This document shows positions 50,918 to 60,604 of a stretch of 64,000 nt of DNA, piece by piece (the stretch's first letter is position 1; each line of letters opens with the position of its first letter). The stretch comes from Cyanobacteria bacterium P01_A01_bin.123 (lineage in GTDB: Bacteria > Cyanobacteriota > Cyanobacteriia > Phormidesmidales > Phormidesmidaceae): contig JBCBZT010000013.1 of NCBI GenBank assembly GCA_039815185.1, positions 1 through 64,000 of the forward strand, written 5' to 3'. Made by a program: the position numbers and the translations under genes. The notes under the pieces were generated by a model that did no database searches, was not told where the DNA came from, and worked only from the letters and a program-made list of their open reading frames with translations.

Positions 50918-51778
50918 CTAATGTTCTTCTAGCTTGGGATTGAGAGCTTGCTTGGCCTCACGAGTCAGTGTCAATATTGTGTCCAGTTCAATTGCTGGAG
51001 TGTCTTTCAAGGCCTCATTGTGCACTTGAATGAGCCACAGCAGATATTCAATATTGCCCGCTGGCCCCATTAGCGGCGACCAGGTTAACCCTTGATAGCA
51101 CCACCCTAGGGCTTCAGCAGTGCTCAAAACTTGGGCGATCGCGCCTGCCTGATCTTTGCTATCGCGCACAACTCCCTTCTTCCCCACCTTCTCGCGCCCG
51201 ACTTCAAACTGGGGCTTCACCAATAGCACGACTTCCCTCGGCGGCTGGAGTAACTGCCAAAATGCAGACAGTACTTTAGTCAGCGAAATAAACGAAACAT
51301 CCATCACCCCTAAATTAGGGATCTCCCCTGCTGCAACTTCACCATCGGCTGCGTATAAAGCTTCGGGTTTTAAATGACGAATATTAGTGCGTTCTCTCAA
51401 CACCACTCGGGGATCGGTACGTAACTTCCAGGCTACTTGGCCATAACCCACATCAACGCCGTAGACCCGTTTGGCCCCTGCTTGCAGCAGACAATCGGTA
51501 AAGCCCCCTGTCGAAATGCCGCCATCTAAACACACGCGATCGCCCACGGCAATCTCAAACACTTCCAGCGCACGGGCTAGCTTCTCTCCCCCACGGGAGA
51601 CATACGGGGACTTGGTTTTGAGTTCAATATGGGCATCAGGAGCGATCGCAGTGCCGGGTTTATCAATCACTTCCTGATTGACCTTTACCTCCCCTGCTCG
51701 AATCAACCGTTGAGCCTGCTGACGAGACTCGCACAGTCCCAGTTCTACGAGATGCAGATCGAGGCGGGGTTTGGGCAT
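50918..51778 (-). CDS. tlyA: TlyA family rRNA 2'-O-methyltransferase
   Basis: S4 domain, YVSRGGEKL, DGGISTGGFTD, DVSFISL, LVKPQFE, GNIEYL. Confidence 0.93.
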   Translation of the reverse strand: MPKPRLDLHLVELGLCESRQQAQRLIRAGEVKVNQEVIDKPGTAIAPDAHIELKTKSPYVSRGGEKLARALEVFEIAVGDRVCLDGGISTGGFTDCLLQAGAKRVYGVDVGYGQVAWKLRTDPRVVLRERTNIRHLKPEALYAADGEVAAGEIPNLGVMDVSFISLTKVLSAFWQLLQPPREVVLLVKPQFEVGREKVGKKGVVRDSKDQAGAIAQVLSTAEALGWCYQGLTWSPLMGPAGNIEYLLWLIQVHNEALKDTPAIELDTILTLTREAKQALNPKLEEH

Positions 51779-51789
51779 ATTTCTATTTT

Positions 51790-52881
51790 TTACACGTTGA
51801 AACGAAACAACATCACATCCCCTTCTTGCACCGTGTAGTCTTTGCCTTCACTCCGAACTAATCCCTTCTCTTTAGCCGCGCCCATCGAGCCTGTTGTGAC
51901 TAAATCGTCGTAGGCCACAGTTTCGGCGCGAATGAAGCCCCGTTCAAAGTCGGTGTGGATGACGCCAGCCGCTTGGGGCGCTGACATCCCGGCAATGATG
52001 GTCCAGGCGCGGGTTTCCTTTGGCCCAGTCGTAAAATAAGTGCGTAATCCCAACAGCGTGTAAGTGGCGCGAATTAGGGATTTGAGGCCGCCTTCTGCCA
52101 CGCCTAGCGCATCGAGAAAATCCTGACGTTCTTCGTCAGAGAGTTCAATCAGTTCAGATTCAACCTGGGCTGAAATGATCACCACTTGAGCGTTTTCTGC
52201 GGCAGCAAATTCGCGCACCTGCTCAACCCAGGCGTTGCCCTCAGCCAGATCGTCTTCTGAGACATTGGTGGCATAGATGATCGGCTTGCGGGTCAGTAGC
52301 CCCAAAGATTTAATCAGCAATTCTTCATCTTCGTTGAGGTCAACCAGACGGGCTGATTTGCCATCGTTAAGGATGGGGACGAGCTTTTCAAGCACCGTCA
52401 ATTCAGCTTGAGCCGTTTTATCATTGCGGGCTTGTTTGCGAACTCGCTCAATGCGCTTTTCGATTTGGCTGAGGTCTGCCAGAGCCAATTCTAGGTTGAT
52501 CACCTCAATGTCCCGTACAGGGTCAATCGAACCAGACACGTGGACGATGTCGTCGTTTTCAAAACATCGCACCACATGCACAATGGCATCGACTTCGCGG
52601 ATGTTAGCTAAAAACTTGTTGCCCAGCCCTTCCCCCTGACTTGCCCCTTGTACCAAGCCTGCAATATCCACAAACTCTACCCGCGCGGGAACGGTGTCAA
52701 CAGAGTCGGAAATCTGGGTCAGCACAGCTAACCGCTCATCCGGCACAGCAACCACACCGACATTGGGTTCAATGGTGCAGAAGGGAAAGTTTGCGGCATG
52801 GGCTTTGGCGTTTGCCACCAAGGCATTAAATAACGTTGATTTACCCACATTGGGGAGGCCAACAATTCCGGCTCTTAACAT
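51790..52881 (-). CDS. ychF: Redox-regulated ATPase YchF
   Basis: [26 protein letters not shown] and C-terminal TGS domain. Confidence 0.96.
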   Translation of the reverse strand: MLRAGIVGLPNVGKSTLFNALVANAKAHAANFPFCTIEPNVGVVAVPDERLAVLTQISDSVDTVPARVEFVDIAGLVQGASQGEGLGNKFLANIREVDAIVHVVRCFENDDIVHVSGSIDPVRDIEVINLELALADLSQIEKRIERVRKQARNDKTAQAELTVLEKLVPILNDGKSARLVDLNEDEELLIKSLGLLTRKPIIYATNVSEDDLAEGNAWVEQVREFAAAENAQVVIISAQVESELIELSDEERQDFLDALGVAEGGLKSLIRATYTLLGLRTYFTTGPKETRAWTIIAGMSAPQAAGVIHTDFERGFIRAETVAYDDLVTTGSMGAAKEKGLVRSEGKDYTVQEGDVMLFRFNV

Positions 52882-53137
52882 GGCGACTTAGGGAGGTGTT
52901 TTAGACAAAGACCATTTACTAGCATAAGGGGTTGTTGGGTGACAACTGCGAAACAGGCCCAGGGTGAGGGCAAGCGGTGCTATGCTTTGGCTACTTAGCC
53001 TCGTCCATATCCAGATTCCTCGCTCTCCTGAGCTAAAAGCTCAAGCGTTTTTTCTGAAGCTCAAAATTCAAATTTTCAAATCGGATGGGGTTTTAATAGG
53101 TTTAGGCATGTCTCGGTTTAGGCAAGGCGGTGCAGCT

Positions 53138-53770
53138 ATGGCGATTGATTCACGCCGGAGGGTAACGGTCAAAAACTGCCCCTGGAGGGCGATCGCGGCA
53201 GTTTTGATGCTCACTCCACTGATGGGGGGCTGCGGTTTGCTGTCGAATGATTCGTCAAGCAGCACTCCCGAGACGGGAGATCCTGTGGCAGCCGATGAGA
53301 GCTTTGTGGGTGAGAGTCAAACAATTATTAGTGACCCCAGCGATCGCTTTCAAGTGACCCTCCCGGCGACCTGGCAAGAAGATAACGAATTGCATCCCAC
53401 TGCTGATATTGAAGCCTCGCGGCGGGTGGCGGATCTCTACCTAATTGTGCTGGCTGAATCGAAAACAGAAATTGGGACTGGCTTTTCACTGGATAATGTA
53501 TCAGCGTTATATCGGCGCTCTTTTGTAGATGGCTTGGGCAATGTCGAGCAAGCTCCCGTAGATACGCCTGCGGTGGGTGGGTACAACGCCATTCAATATC
53601 GGGTCGACGCTAGCCTTGATGGCACAGATGTTGTTGCCCTACATACCACGATTGAGACAAATGAGAGTTATTACCAAATCATCACCTGGACGAAGGCTAC
53701 CTTCTATAGCAGCTATGCTGAGGAGATGCAGGTGGTGATTAACGGGTTTCGAGAATTGGGTAGTGGTTAA
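53138..53770 (+). CDS. Hypothetical lipoprotein (PsbP/Mog1-like fold possible)
   Basis: Lipobox-like LMGGC; F.VTLP..W and YQI..WT patterns; start uncertain (53108 or 53138). Confidence 0.6.
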   Translation: MAIDSRRRVTVKNCPWRAIAAVLMLTPLMGGCGLLSNDSSSSTPETGDPVAADESFVGESQTIISDPSDRFQVTLPATWQEDNELHPTADIEASRRVADLYLIVLAESKTEIGTGFSLDNVSALYRRSFVDGLGNVEQAPVDTPAVGGYNAIQYRVDASLDGTDVVALHTTIETNESYYQIITWTKATFYSSYAEEMQVVINGFRELGSG

Positions 53771-53869
53771 GGGTTGAGAGCATTGACGGCTCTAGACTCT
53801 GAGAACACACTTAATCAGCCTGCCTGAATAAGCTTTAATAAACAGAGGCGTACTTTGATCAGGAACAAA

Positions 53870-54454
53870 ATGGCTCAGAACGTGGCGTTATCGCTAAAAC
53901 TGCGGCACTGGGGTTCATGGGCGATTGCAGCCCTGATTGCCATCTGTCTTGTGGCACTTCCATGGATGACTGCTCCCGCGATCGCAGGGTTGACTGACGA
54001 TAAATACGACGGCAACATCTTTGCCCTCTATGCTGGCAATGGTTCGCTGGTGCCCCCAAAGGTAAAGTTAGCCCAGTCGATCAAAGTTCATAAGCCTGCC
54101 CTGGTAGTCTTCTACGTTGACGACAGTGCCGACTGCAAGCAGTTCACCTCGGTGATCTCTCAACTTCAAGAACCTTATGGTAGAGCCGCCAACTTTATCC
54201 CCATAATGGCAGATTCAATTCTGTCCGGGCGTGAGTTCACGCCGATGGAGGTAGGCTATTACTTTGAAGGGTCGGTGCCTCAAACCCTGGTTTTTGATGA
54301 TGAAGGCAACGTCGTATTCAACCAACCCGGTAATGTCTCTTACGAAGCCGTTGATGACGTGATGCGCGACGTTTTTGATCTATTGCCCCGCTCTGAATCC
54401 GTAGAGTTGAAGCGACGACCTGTGAATGAAGTCAATTCAGAACTAGTGAATTAA
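53870..54454 (+). CDS. Thioredoxin-fold thylakoid PSI accumulation factor-like protein
   Basis: DDKYDGNIFALYAGNGSLVPP, FYVDDS.DCKQF, VPQT, DLLPRSES..LKRR..NEVN. Confidence 0.75.
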   Translation: MAQNVALSLKLRHWGSWAIAALIAICLVALPWMTAPAIAGLTDDKYDGNIFALYAGNGSLVPPKVKLAQSIKVHKPALVVFYVDDSADCKQFTSVISQLQEPYGRAANFIPIMADSILSGREFTPMEVGYYFEGSVPQTLVFDDEGNVVFNQPGNVSYEAVDDVMRDVFDLLPRSESVELKRRPVNEVNSELVN

Positions 54455-54519
54455 CCGGGATGTTGCATATAGAGTTAGCAAGCTAGCGAGGCGCATACGA
54501 TGCCGAATTGACAATACCT

Positions 54520-54906
54520 ATGAGGCCCTATTTAATCGTTATCCGCGCTGACGACGTAGACTCACTTGCCGACTTTTACACCATACTTGGCTGTAAGTTT
54601 GTAAAACACTGTCATGGCCAGGGATCTGAGCATTACGCTTATGAAACAGACGATGGCTTTGTCTTTGAGCTTTATCCCCGCCTCAAGGAGCATCAATCAA
54701 CGGTAGGTGTTCGCCTTGGCTTTCAGGTTGCTTCAGTCGATGAGGTTATCCACCGGATGCAAGCGGATGGCAGGGGTGAAGTGATTGCTAAACCAGCGGA
54801 TTTGCCTTGGGGAAGACGCGCTGTTATCGACGATCCAGAGGGGCACCGAGTAGAGCTTTTGCAAGCCATACTCCCTGGTGCCATTAGAACCAAGTTAAAT
54901 GGCTAA
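54520..54906 (+). CDS. VOC / glyoxalase family protein
   Basis: FY..LG..F..H.HG.G.EHYA, PWGRRAVIDDPEGHRVEL. Confidence 0.85.
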   Translation: MRPYLIVIRADDVDSLADFYTILGCKFVKHCHGQGSEHYAYETDDGFVFELYPRLKEHQSTVGVRLGFQVASVDEVIHRMQADGRGEVIAKPADLPWGRRAVIDDPEGHRVELLQAILPGAIRTKLNG

Positions 54907-57180
54907 TGCTGAAGATACTTCATCACTGAACGGTAAGATATCTGGTGGAACAAGCGAGGCCATGCCAAGCCCATGCTCGAACATTGCCAAATCAGAAAGA
55001 TCGGGGGGTGATGCATCCAGCCCGTGTCCCCATTCCTCTAGCAGTTGAATTTCATGGCCGATGGTTTGCGCGATCGCGTCTTGACTGTTAGCGGTTAGGG
55101 GTATCTCAGGCAACGACCCCATTGGGGCCAACCCATCCCATTCAGATGGAGACAACATGCGTTGAGACTGGATGGCGGCAGCGGTGTTGCTATTGGCTGA
55201 TGGCCTCTTCCGATCGGGTTCGATCAGAAAATCGGGGACGGTCGTGGGATATTCACGAGTTTCATAACCCAGCATCAGCAGATGCATGTTGTACGACAAA
55301 ATCGACCCCCCATCTGCTGAGGTGGAAAACTCTTCACCATAGAGCCCTTCAAACCAACCATCCCACTCGGCTTGGGGCAGCACATAGCCGTGGAAGTCGT
55401 TGGTCAAGCCAAAGAAAAACTGATAGGTGTAGTCATCAAGGGTAGGGTTGTCAACGAGTGGCACCTCTAACGGAGCCGTATTGTAAGGGACAACGCCAAT
55501 GCTGGGATCAATCCCCCCCATCAATAACTGGGGATACAGTTCTCCCCCCATGGTGGTGATGGAAACTGGCCCCATTGTTAGGAAATTGGCTTCCGTCTCA
55601 ATGGAAAAGGCAAGTGGATTCAAAATCGATCGCCAACGTTCTTCTGAGGGAATGACAAGCTGATGATAGAGGGTGGTTGGAATCTGATCGACTAATTTAG
55701 CCCCGAGAAAGATGGGATTCTCAACGGGCAGATAAAATTCCCGCTGTTGGTGGGTAATCGGCGGTAGGGTGGTGAAGGTTTCGACCCGATCGGTCGGCCC
55801 TGGATTTTGCAATTGTTGTAGCAGTCGTTGAGCGATCTCGCGACCGATGGCTTCTGCTTTCTCAAAGGATTCACTAGGCAAGTCAGGCAAAATCTCATCC
55901 CCACTGCTGGTCAACAACCCCCCGATTGCGCCGTTAACAAATAGGGCAGGCCCACCCAGGTTAGCTTCCATCTCGTCAATCACCCATTTGGTGAAATCAG
56001 CTGTCATTGCCTGGTTGCGGTCACCCAAAACTTCCGGGTGGCTAGCCCAGTTAACCAAGGTTCCCACGACCTGATCATCAGCCGAAAACACCATCAGTCG
56101 GGCAAAAGGATCGGACACATTTGGCAAGCGGACGTCTTGGACCAAATCACTGAGAACTGTGTTGTCGATGTTAGCGACCGTTAGGCTGGCAGGTTGGCGG
56201 TTGGCTCAAGCGGTTTCAACGGCATTAGCAGCTTGGGTTGCGATCGCATCTATATAATCTGACGGGCGCGGATTTAAAAAGGGAATATCGCCGACACCGC
56301 CCCATAGGCCAATAGTGTCTGGACCTTCGTGGTTGTGGGTGCTGTGCACCAAAATATGATCGGTTAATTCAGGGACTCGGGCGGCGATCGCGGCCTGAAT
56401 TCGATCCACATCGTCAGACACAACGCCTAGTAAATCTAGGGTGACGATGGCAGTTGGCGTTATGCCATCATCAATTATCAGACTGCGGGCATAGAGCGGG
56501 TCATGGACATCCAGCGCAGGACGGTCGGCATTAAAGCCCGCAAGCCAGTAGGTACGGTCTTGCCAGTCAGCGGGCGTAATGTCAGCCTGGGCTGCACCAA
56601 CTTGATAGATTACTTCTTGATCGCCATTGGTGGCGTCAACCCCGCTATGGCTAAGGTTTCGTCCCTCTAAGTCAAGGCCGGGGTCCGCTAAGTTAAATGA
56701 ACCACCTTGAGAAGTTGGAGTGCGATCGCCCAGCAATTGCCCAAAGGCTTGAGCATCCGACACTCGATTGAGTAATGCAGGTTCAGTTAAGGGTAACGGC
56801 CAGCGTAAAGCGTTTAACCACTCGCCTCTGTTGTCACCATAAGCTGTATCGCCAGTGTCGGTGAGGCCATAGCGACTAATTACGTTGCTGTCCTCAACCT
56901 GAATCAGGGCAGCGGAAAGGATTTCAGATAGCGAGTCAGTTGAATACTGTGAAAAAAAGAGACTGCTGTGAACTTGATTGACCAGCCAGTCTAGGCTATA
57001 GACGTCTAAGACTGACTGCCAGTCATCCAACACGGCCAATCCGTCATGGGCATTTTCTACACCATCTACCCGCAACTCAATCAAGCCATTGAGCAGTCGT
57101 GAAGGGGGCTTTGCAGAGCGATGGGTCTGGTTGAGCCGAGGCAGAATGGGTAAGGCTGATTCAAACAGTGGAGATATCAT
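54895..57180 (-). pseudogene. Neutral/alkaline ceramidase-like amidohydrolase interrupted by one in-frame TGA at 56206-56208
   Basis: ORFs 56206..57180 and 54895..56145 share a frame and the 60 nt between them have no other stop; DPLYARSL, HSTHNHEGPD, NWASHPE, NGAIG, GELYP motifs span both halves. Confidence 0.75.
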
Positions 57181-57409
57181 ATCTGCACCTTGCCTAGCGC
57201 AAATAGAGTATCTCCTATGATGTTTGAAGTATCAATAGATTTAAATATGTCTTATCTTAAGATTGCCACCCTAGCGGTCTGTCGTGTCTAGGGTTGATTT
57301 CAAATGATTTCAAACGCGATCGCGTTGGCTAGACTGCATGACCCACTCTTGCAGTTCATTATCTTACGGTAGATAGGTTTAAACTCTGACCGAATTCAAA
57401 TTCGTTATT

Positions 57410-57844
57410 TTATTTGTGATAGCGACTGCCTTGAAGAATGGTTTTCGCTCGGTAAAGCTGCTCCACTAGCATGAGCCGCGCTAGTTCATGGGGGAAGGTC
57501 ATGGGAGACAGACTCAAACGACGTCTAGCGTGCTGTTTGACTGTTTCACTCAAACCCTCGGCGCTGCCGATGACGAATACTAAATGGTTGGATGGTGCTT
57601 CAGCTAGATAGTGGGCAAAGGTAACCGATGCCATGGTTTTACCCTCCTCACTCAGGGCGATTAGCCTTTCAGTCGGTTTGAGCAAATTGAGAATTTGGGT
57701 ACCCTCTCTCTCCGGATCAGAATCCTTGAGTTCCACTATCTCAAGTTCTGGCAAACGCTGGGTATACACACCAACCCCATCGCGAATCCAGTCTTTCTTG
57801 ATTTTGCCAATGGCAATTAGTTTGACTTTCGGGAAGCTTTGCAT
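57410..57844 (-). CDS. rlmH: 23S rRNA (pseudouridine1915-N3)-methyltransferase
   Basis: IAIGKIK, FVIGSAEGL, SLSPMTFPHELARL.L.EQLYRA...YHK. Confidence 0.93.
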   Translation of the reverse strand: MQSFPKVKLIAIGKIKKDWIRDGVGVYTQRLPELEIVELKDSDPEREGTQILNLLKPTERLIALSEEGKTMASVTFAHYLAEAPSNHLVFVIGSAEGLSETVKQHARRRLSLSPMTFPHELARLMLVEQLYRAKTILQGSRYHK

Positions 57845-58782
57845 CGTTGCTGTTGGGCTAAGGTATTCCGTTCCCAAAAATAACCGTCCACATAGCCTTG
57901 GATCGTTGGATCGGCAATAGCACGGTCGAGGCGCTTGGCCGCGAGGCAGGCATAATGTTCGTCGATTTCGATACCGAGATAATGGCGACCCAGTTTTTGG
58001 GCTACAACCGCAGTCGTGCCAGACCCTAGGAAAGGATCAAAGACAATAGCTTGGGCATCACTGCTGGCTAAAATTAGCTTTGCCAGCAGCTTTTCGGGCT
58101 TCTGAGTGGGGTGGTCAGTATTTTCAGGCATGGACCAAAAGGGGATGGAAATGTCTGTCCACAGGTTGGAGGGATGGGTAATCCGAAAATTGCCGCGATC
58201 GCTCTCTTCCCAATCCTTCGGCGTGCCATTCAGATGCCGATACGGTGCGACCACTCGTCGCTTCAGCTTAACCGCCTCTACGTTGAAGGTGTAATGGTTT
58301 GATTGGGTGCAAAACCAGATATCCTCAGCACAGTTTTTCCAATTCGTTTTAGCCCCCCGACCCTTCTCGCGCTCCCAGGTGATGCGGTTCCGGACTTTGA
58401 AATATTGACTGGCCACCCGGTGAATTGCTGTTGAGGACTGCCAGTCACCACAAATATAAATTGAGGCGGTGGGTTTGAGCAGCCGCACCAGCTTTGATAG
58501 CCAACTCTCTAACCACTGCTCGTAATCGTCTAAAGAGGTACGCGTAAACTGCTGCTGATTAAAGGTTTTGGTGAGGTTGTAGGGGGGGTCGAGAAATAAG
58601 AGATCGACAAAAGCATCGGGCAAATGGGCGATCGCAGCCGTCATGTCTTGGCAAATAACACGATCGCGCACGGCTTCCCATTTCACTGCGGTGTCGAGTG
58701 TTAAGAGGCGATCGCGGTAACGGGCCACATCCGCATCACTCAGGGTCAAGGTTCGATTCTGAGGAGCTCTGGTATTAGGCAA
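57817..58782 (-). CDS. Beta-class N4-C/N6-A DNA methyltransferase (no adjacent endonuclease recognised)
   Basis: DPPY precedes HPTQKP and DPFLGSGTT (motif IV before motif I). Confidence 0.9.
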   Translation of the reverse strand: MPNTRAPQNRTLTLSDADVARYRDRLLTLDTAVKWEAVRDRVICQDMTAAIAHLPDAFVDLLFLDPPYNLTKTFNQQQFTRTSLDDYEQWLESWLSKLVRLLKPTASIYICGDWQSSTAIHRVASQYFKVRNRITWEREKGRGAKTNWKNCAEDIWFCTQSNHYTFNVEAVKLKRRVVAPYRHLNGTPKDWEESDRGNFRITHPSNLWTDISIPFWSMPENTDHPTQKPEKLLAKLILASSDAQAIVFDPFLGSGTTAVVAQKLGRHYLGIEIDEHYACLAAKRLDRAIADPTIQGYVDGYFWERNTLAQQQRCKASRKSN

Positions 58783-58809
58783 AACGCTCTCTCTATGCTT
58801 TGCTACGAT

Positions 58810-59502
58810 TCACTGTACAACGTGTAGCCCGTGGACTATTCCCCCCTCTGAATCGAACCGGGACTCAATAATCGAAAAGAAGCTTTTATCATCCTTCTCA
58901 AAGTATCTAAAGATTGAGTATGCGATTATATCAGCAAGCTGGATTAACCGGGAAGCTTTTGAATCCAGAAATAAAGGTACTTCAGAAAAGTTTCTAATGA
59001 CTCCCCAGGTATAACCAATCGATCTGAAATCTATAGCCAAAGACTGAATGGTTGATTCGTAGGTAGATTTATCAAAAACAATGACTCCTCGTTGACTATT
59101 GCCAGCCCGATGCAGTCTCATCAGATACTTATCAAATCTACTAGCGAGTTGCTCAAATGCAACCTCAACTGGGTCTTGAGGCGATGCTGAACTTTTGTTG
59201 ATCACACTGGCAAATAGTCGATTGCTTGGATGAGAGCGCAAAAAGACTTTCAGCGTATCTTCAATAGCTCTGTGTCGCGCTTGCTTAGGATGACTTCTCC
59301 ACCTGCTTCTACCACCAAACATCGGACTACCGTGAAGTTCAACCGTTCCTGGATCAGCAGGGTCAAACCTTGCGGCAATTTGATCTAATTCGTTTGCAAT
59401 CCAGTAGCCTTGACGCTCGAACACACAAAAACCTGCCAATACAAAGTATCGCTGCGCAGAATCATGAGTGGTTCCAGACTCATCCGCATACAGCAAGTAC
59501 AT
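58810..59502 (-). CDS. DUF3800 domain protein
   Basis: N-terminal YLLYADESG, internal ELH, C-terminal DS....IQLADIIAY (QxxD); AT-rich. Confidence 0.85.
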   Translation of the reverse strand: MYLLYADESGTTHDSAQRYFVLAGFCVFERQGYWIANELDQIAARFDPADPGTVELHGSPMFGGRSRWRSHPKQARHRAIEDTLKVFLRSHPSNRLFASVINKSSASPQDPVEVAFEQLASRFDKYLMRLHRAGNSQRGVIVFDKSTYESTIQSLAIDFRSIGYTWGVIRNFSEVPLFLDSKASRLIQLADIIAYSIFRYFEKDDKSFFSIIESRFDSEGGIVHGLHVVQ

Positions 59503-59532
59503 AGTGGCTTAAATTTTCTTTAAAATTAAAAT

Positions 59533-59586
59533 CAGTCAAGGGAAGACCAAGCTTCCACGATCCGAAGAGGTCAGATCTCTTGACTG
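59533..59586 (-). ncRNA. Structured three-way-junction RNA upstream of the DUF3800 gene (DUF3800-associated RNA motif candidate)
   Basis: Minus strand: CAGTCAAG/CTTGACTG (8 bp) encloses GATCTGA-cctct-TCGGATC (7 bp with one G-U) and GGAAG-cttggt-CTTCC (5 bp). Confidence 0.7.
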
Positions 59587-59746
59587 CTGATAGAAATATA
59601 GCAAATCTATGTCTGAACGAGTAGTGATGAAGCACTTGCTACAGATTTGTTGATATATTCAGGATCTGTCGCGAATCGTTTACTAATTTTCGCAATTTCT
59701 CTTCGTAAACTAGAGAGCAAGGTGTGGAGCAGGCGGCACGTAACCG

Positions 59747-60592
59747 ATGGAATTGACGGCGATCGAACTTAAATTTTTGGTGCGGTTGCTGGCCTACGAT
59801 GCCTATCGTACGCGGATTAGCCAAATCAAGCCCAATTCCAAGACCTCAGCTAGCGATCGCGATCGCGTGTGTATGCAGCTTTGTAGCAAGGGATTGGTAG
59901 ATTACACCCACGAAATTGTACAGTTCGGTCTGACGCCAGCGGGACGCACATTATTGAATTTGGGCACAACCAGCCTACCCGTGACCCCCGATGAGCTGTA
60001 CACGCTGAAAGCGGCGGAACATCAGCCCGTTGCCCCTGGCAAGATCAAACGGGTTTCTAGTCGCGATCGCCAACGGATTATCCGTAATCTTGAAGATCGG
60101 GGGCTGCTCAAAGTCAAAAAGACTCAGCTGAAAGAGGTGTGGTTGACCCAGCAGGGTAAACTGTACCTCCGCGATCAGTGCTGCCCTAGTGGTGCTCAAC
60201 CCGCGCTGTCGCTATCCATGTTGGCCAATTACTTAACCTTCTTGCGGCAAACTTTGGTAATGGTTCAAACTGGGGCTGGACTTGGGGCGGTGCAACCCAC
60301 AAATGCGCGTGGCGGTAATCTTGAGGTCAGTGCTGATGATGTTTTGAGTACGATTCAGCAATTGGATCAAACCTTAAGTACGGACAACTATCTGCCGATT
60401 TTTCACCTACGCGACAAGCTCGAACCGCCTTTAAGCCGGGAAGCGCTCGATCAACTGTTGTATGAGCTGCAACGCCGCGATCGCATTGAAATCAGTACTT
60501 TGCAAGATATCTCAGCCTACAGCGAAACCCAGCTTGCCGCAGGCATCGCTCAGGACATTGGTGGGGCGTTGTTTTTTATCAGCGTCATTTGA
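59747..60592 (+). CDS. RcaD-like multi-winged-helix DNA-binding protein
   Basis: N-terminal ELKFL.RLL, repeated LT..G wHTH wing motifs, C-terminal NYLPIFHLR.KL.PP.SR..LDQ.LY.L.R.D.IE; resembles cyanobacterial RcaD. Confidence 0.65.
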   Translation: MELTAIELKFLVRLLAYDAYRTRISQIKPNSKTSASDRDRVCMQLCSKGLVDYTHEIVQFGLTPAGRTLLNLGTTSLPVTPDELYTLKAAEHQPVAPGKIKRVSSRDRQRIIRNLEDRGLLKVKKTQLKEVWLTQQGKLYLRDQCCPSGAQPALSLSMLANYLTFLRQTLVMVQTGAGLGAVQPTNARGGNLEVSADDVLSTIQQLDQTLSTDNYLPIFHLRDKLEPPLSREALDQLLYELQRRDRIEISTLQDISAYSETQLAAGIAQDIGGALFFISVI

Positions 60593-60604
60593 GGGACAGT
60601 CATT

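Noticed and set aside
56206..56208. Selenocysteine at the in-frame TGA
   Set aside because: No evident SECIS hairpin immediately 3', the position is not a catalytic Cys site, and Trp fits better.
57817..59502. MTase + DUF3800 as a classical type II restriction-modification pair
   Set aside because: DUF3800 shows no recognisable PD-(D/E)xK, HNH or GIY-YIG motif, and the two genes differ in composition and HIP1 content, suggesting separate origins.
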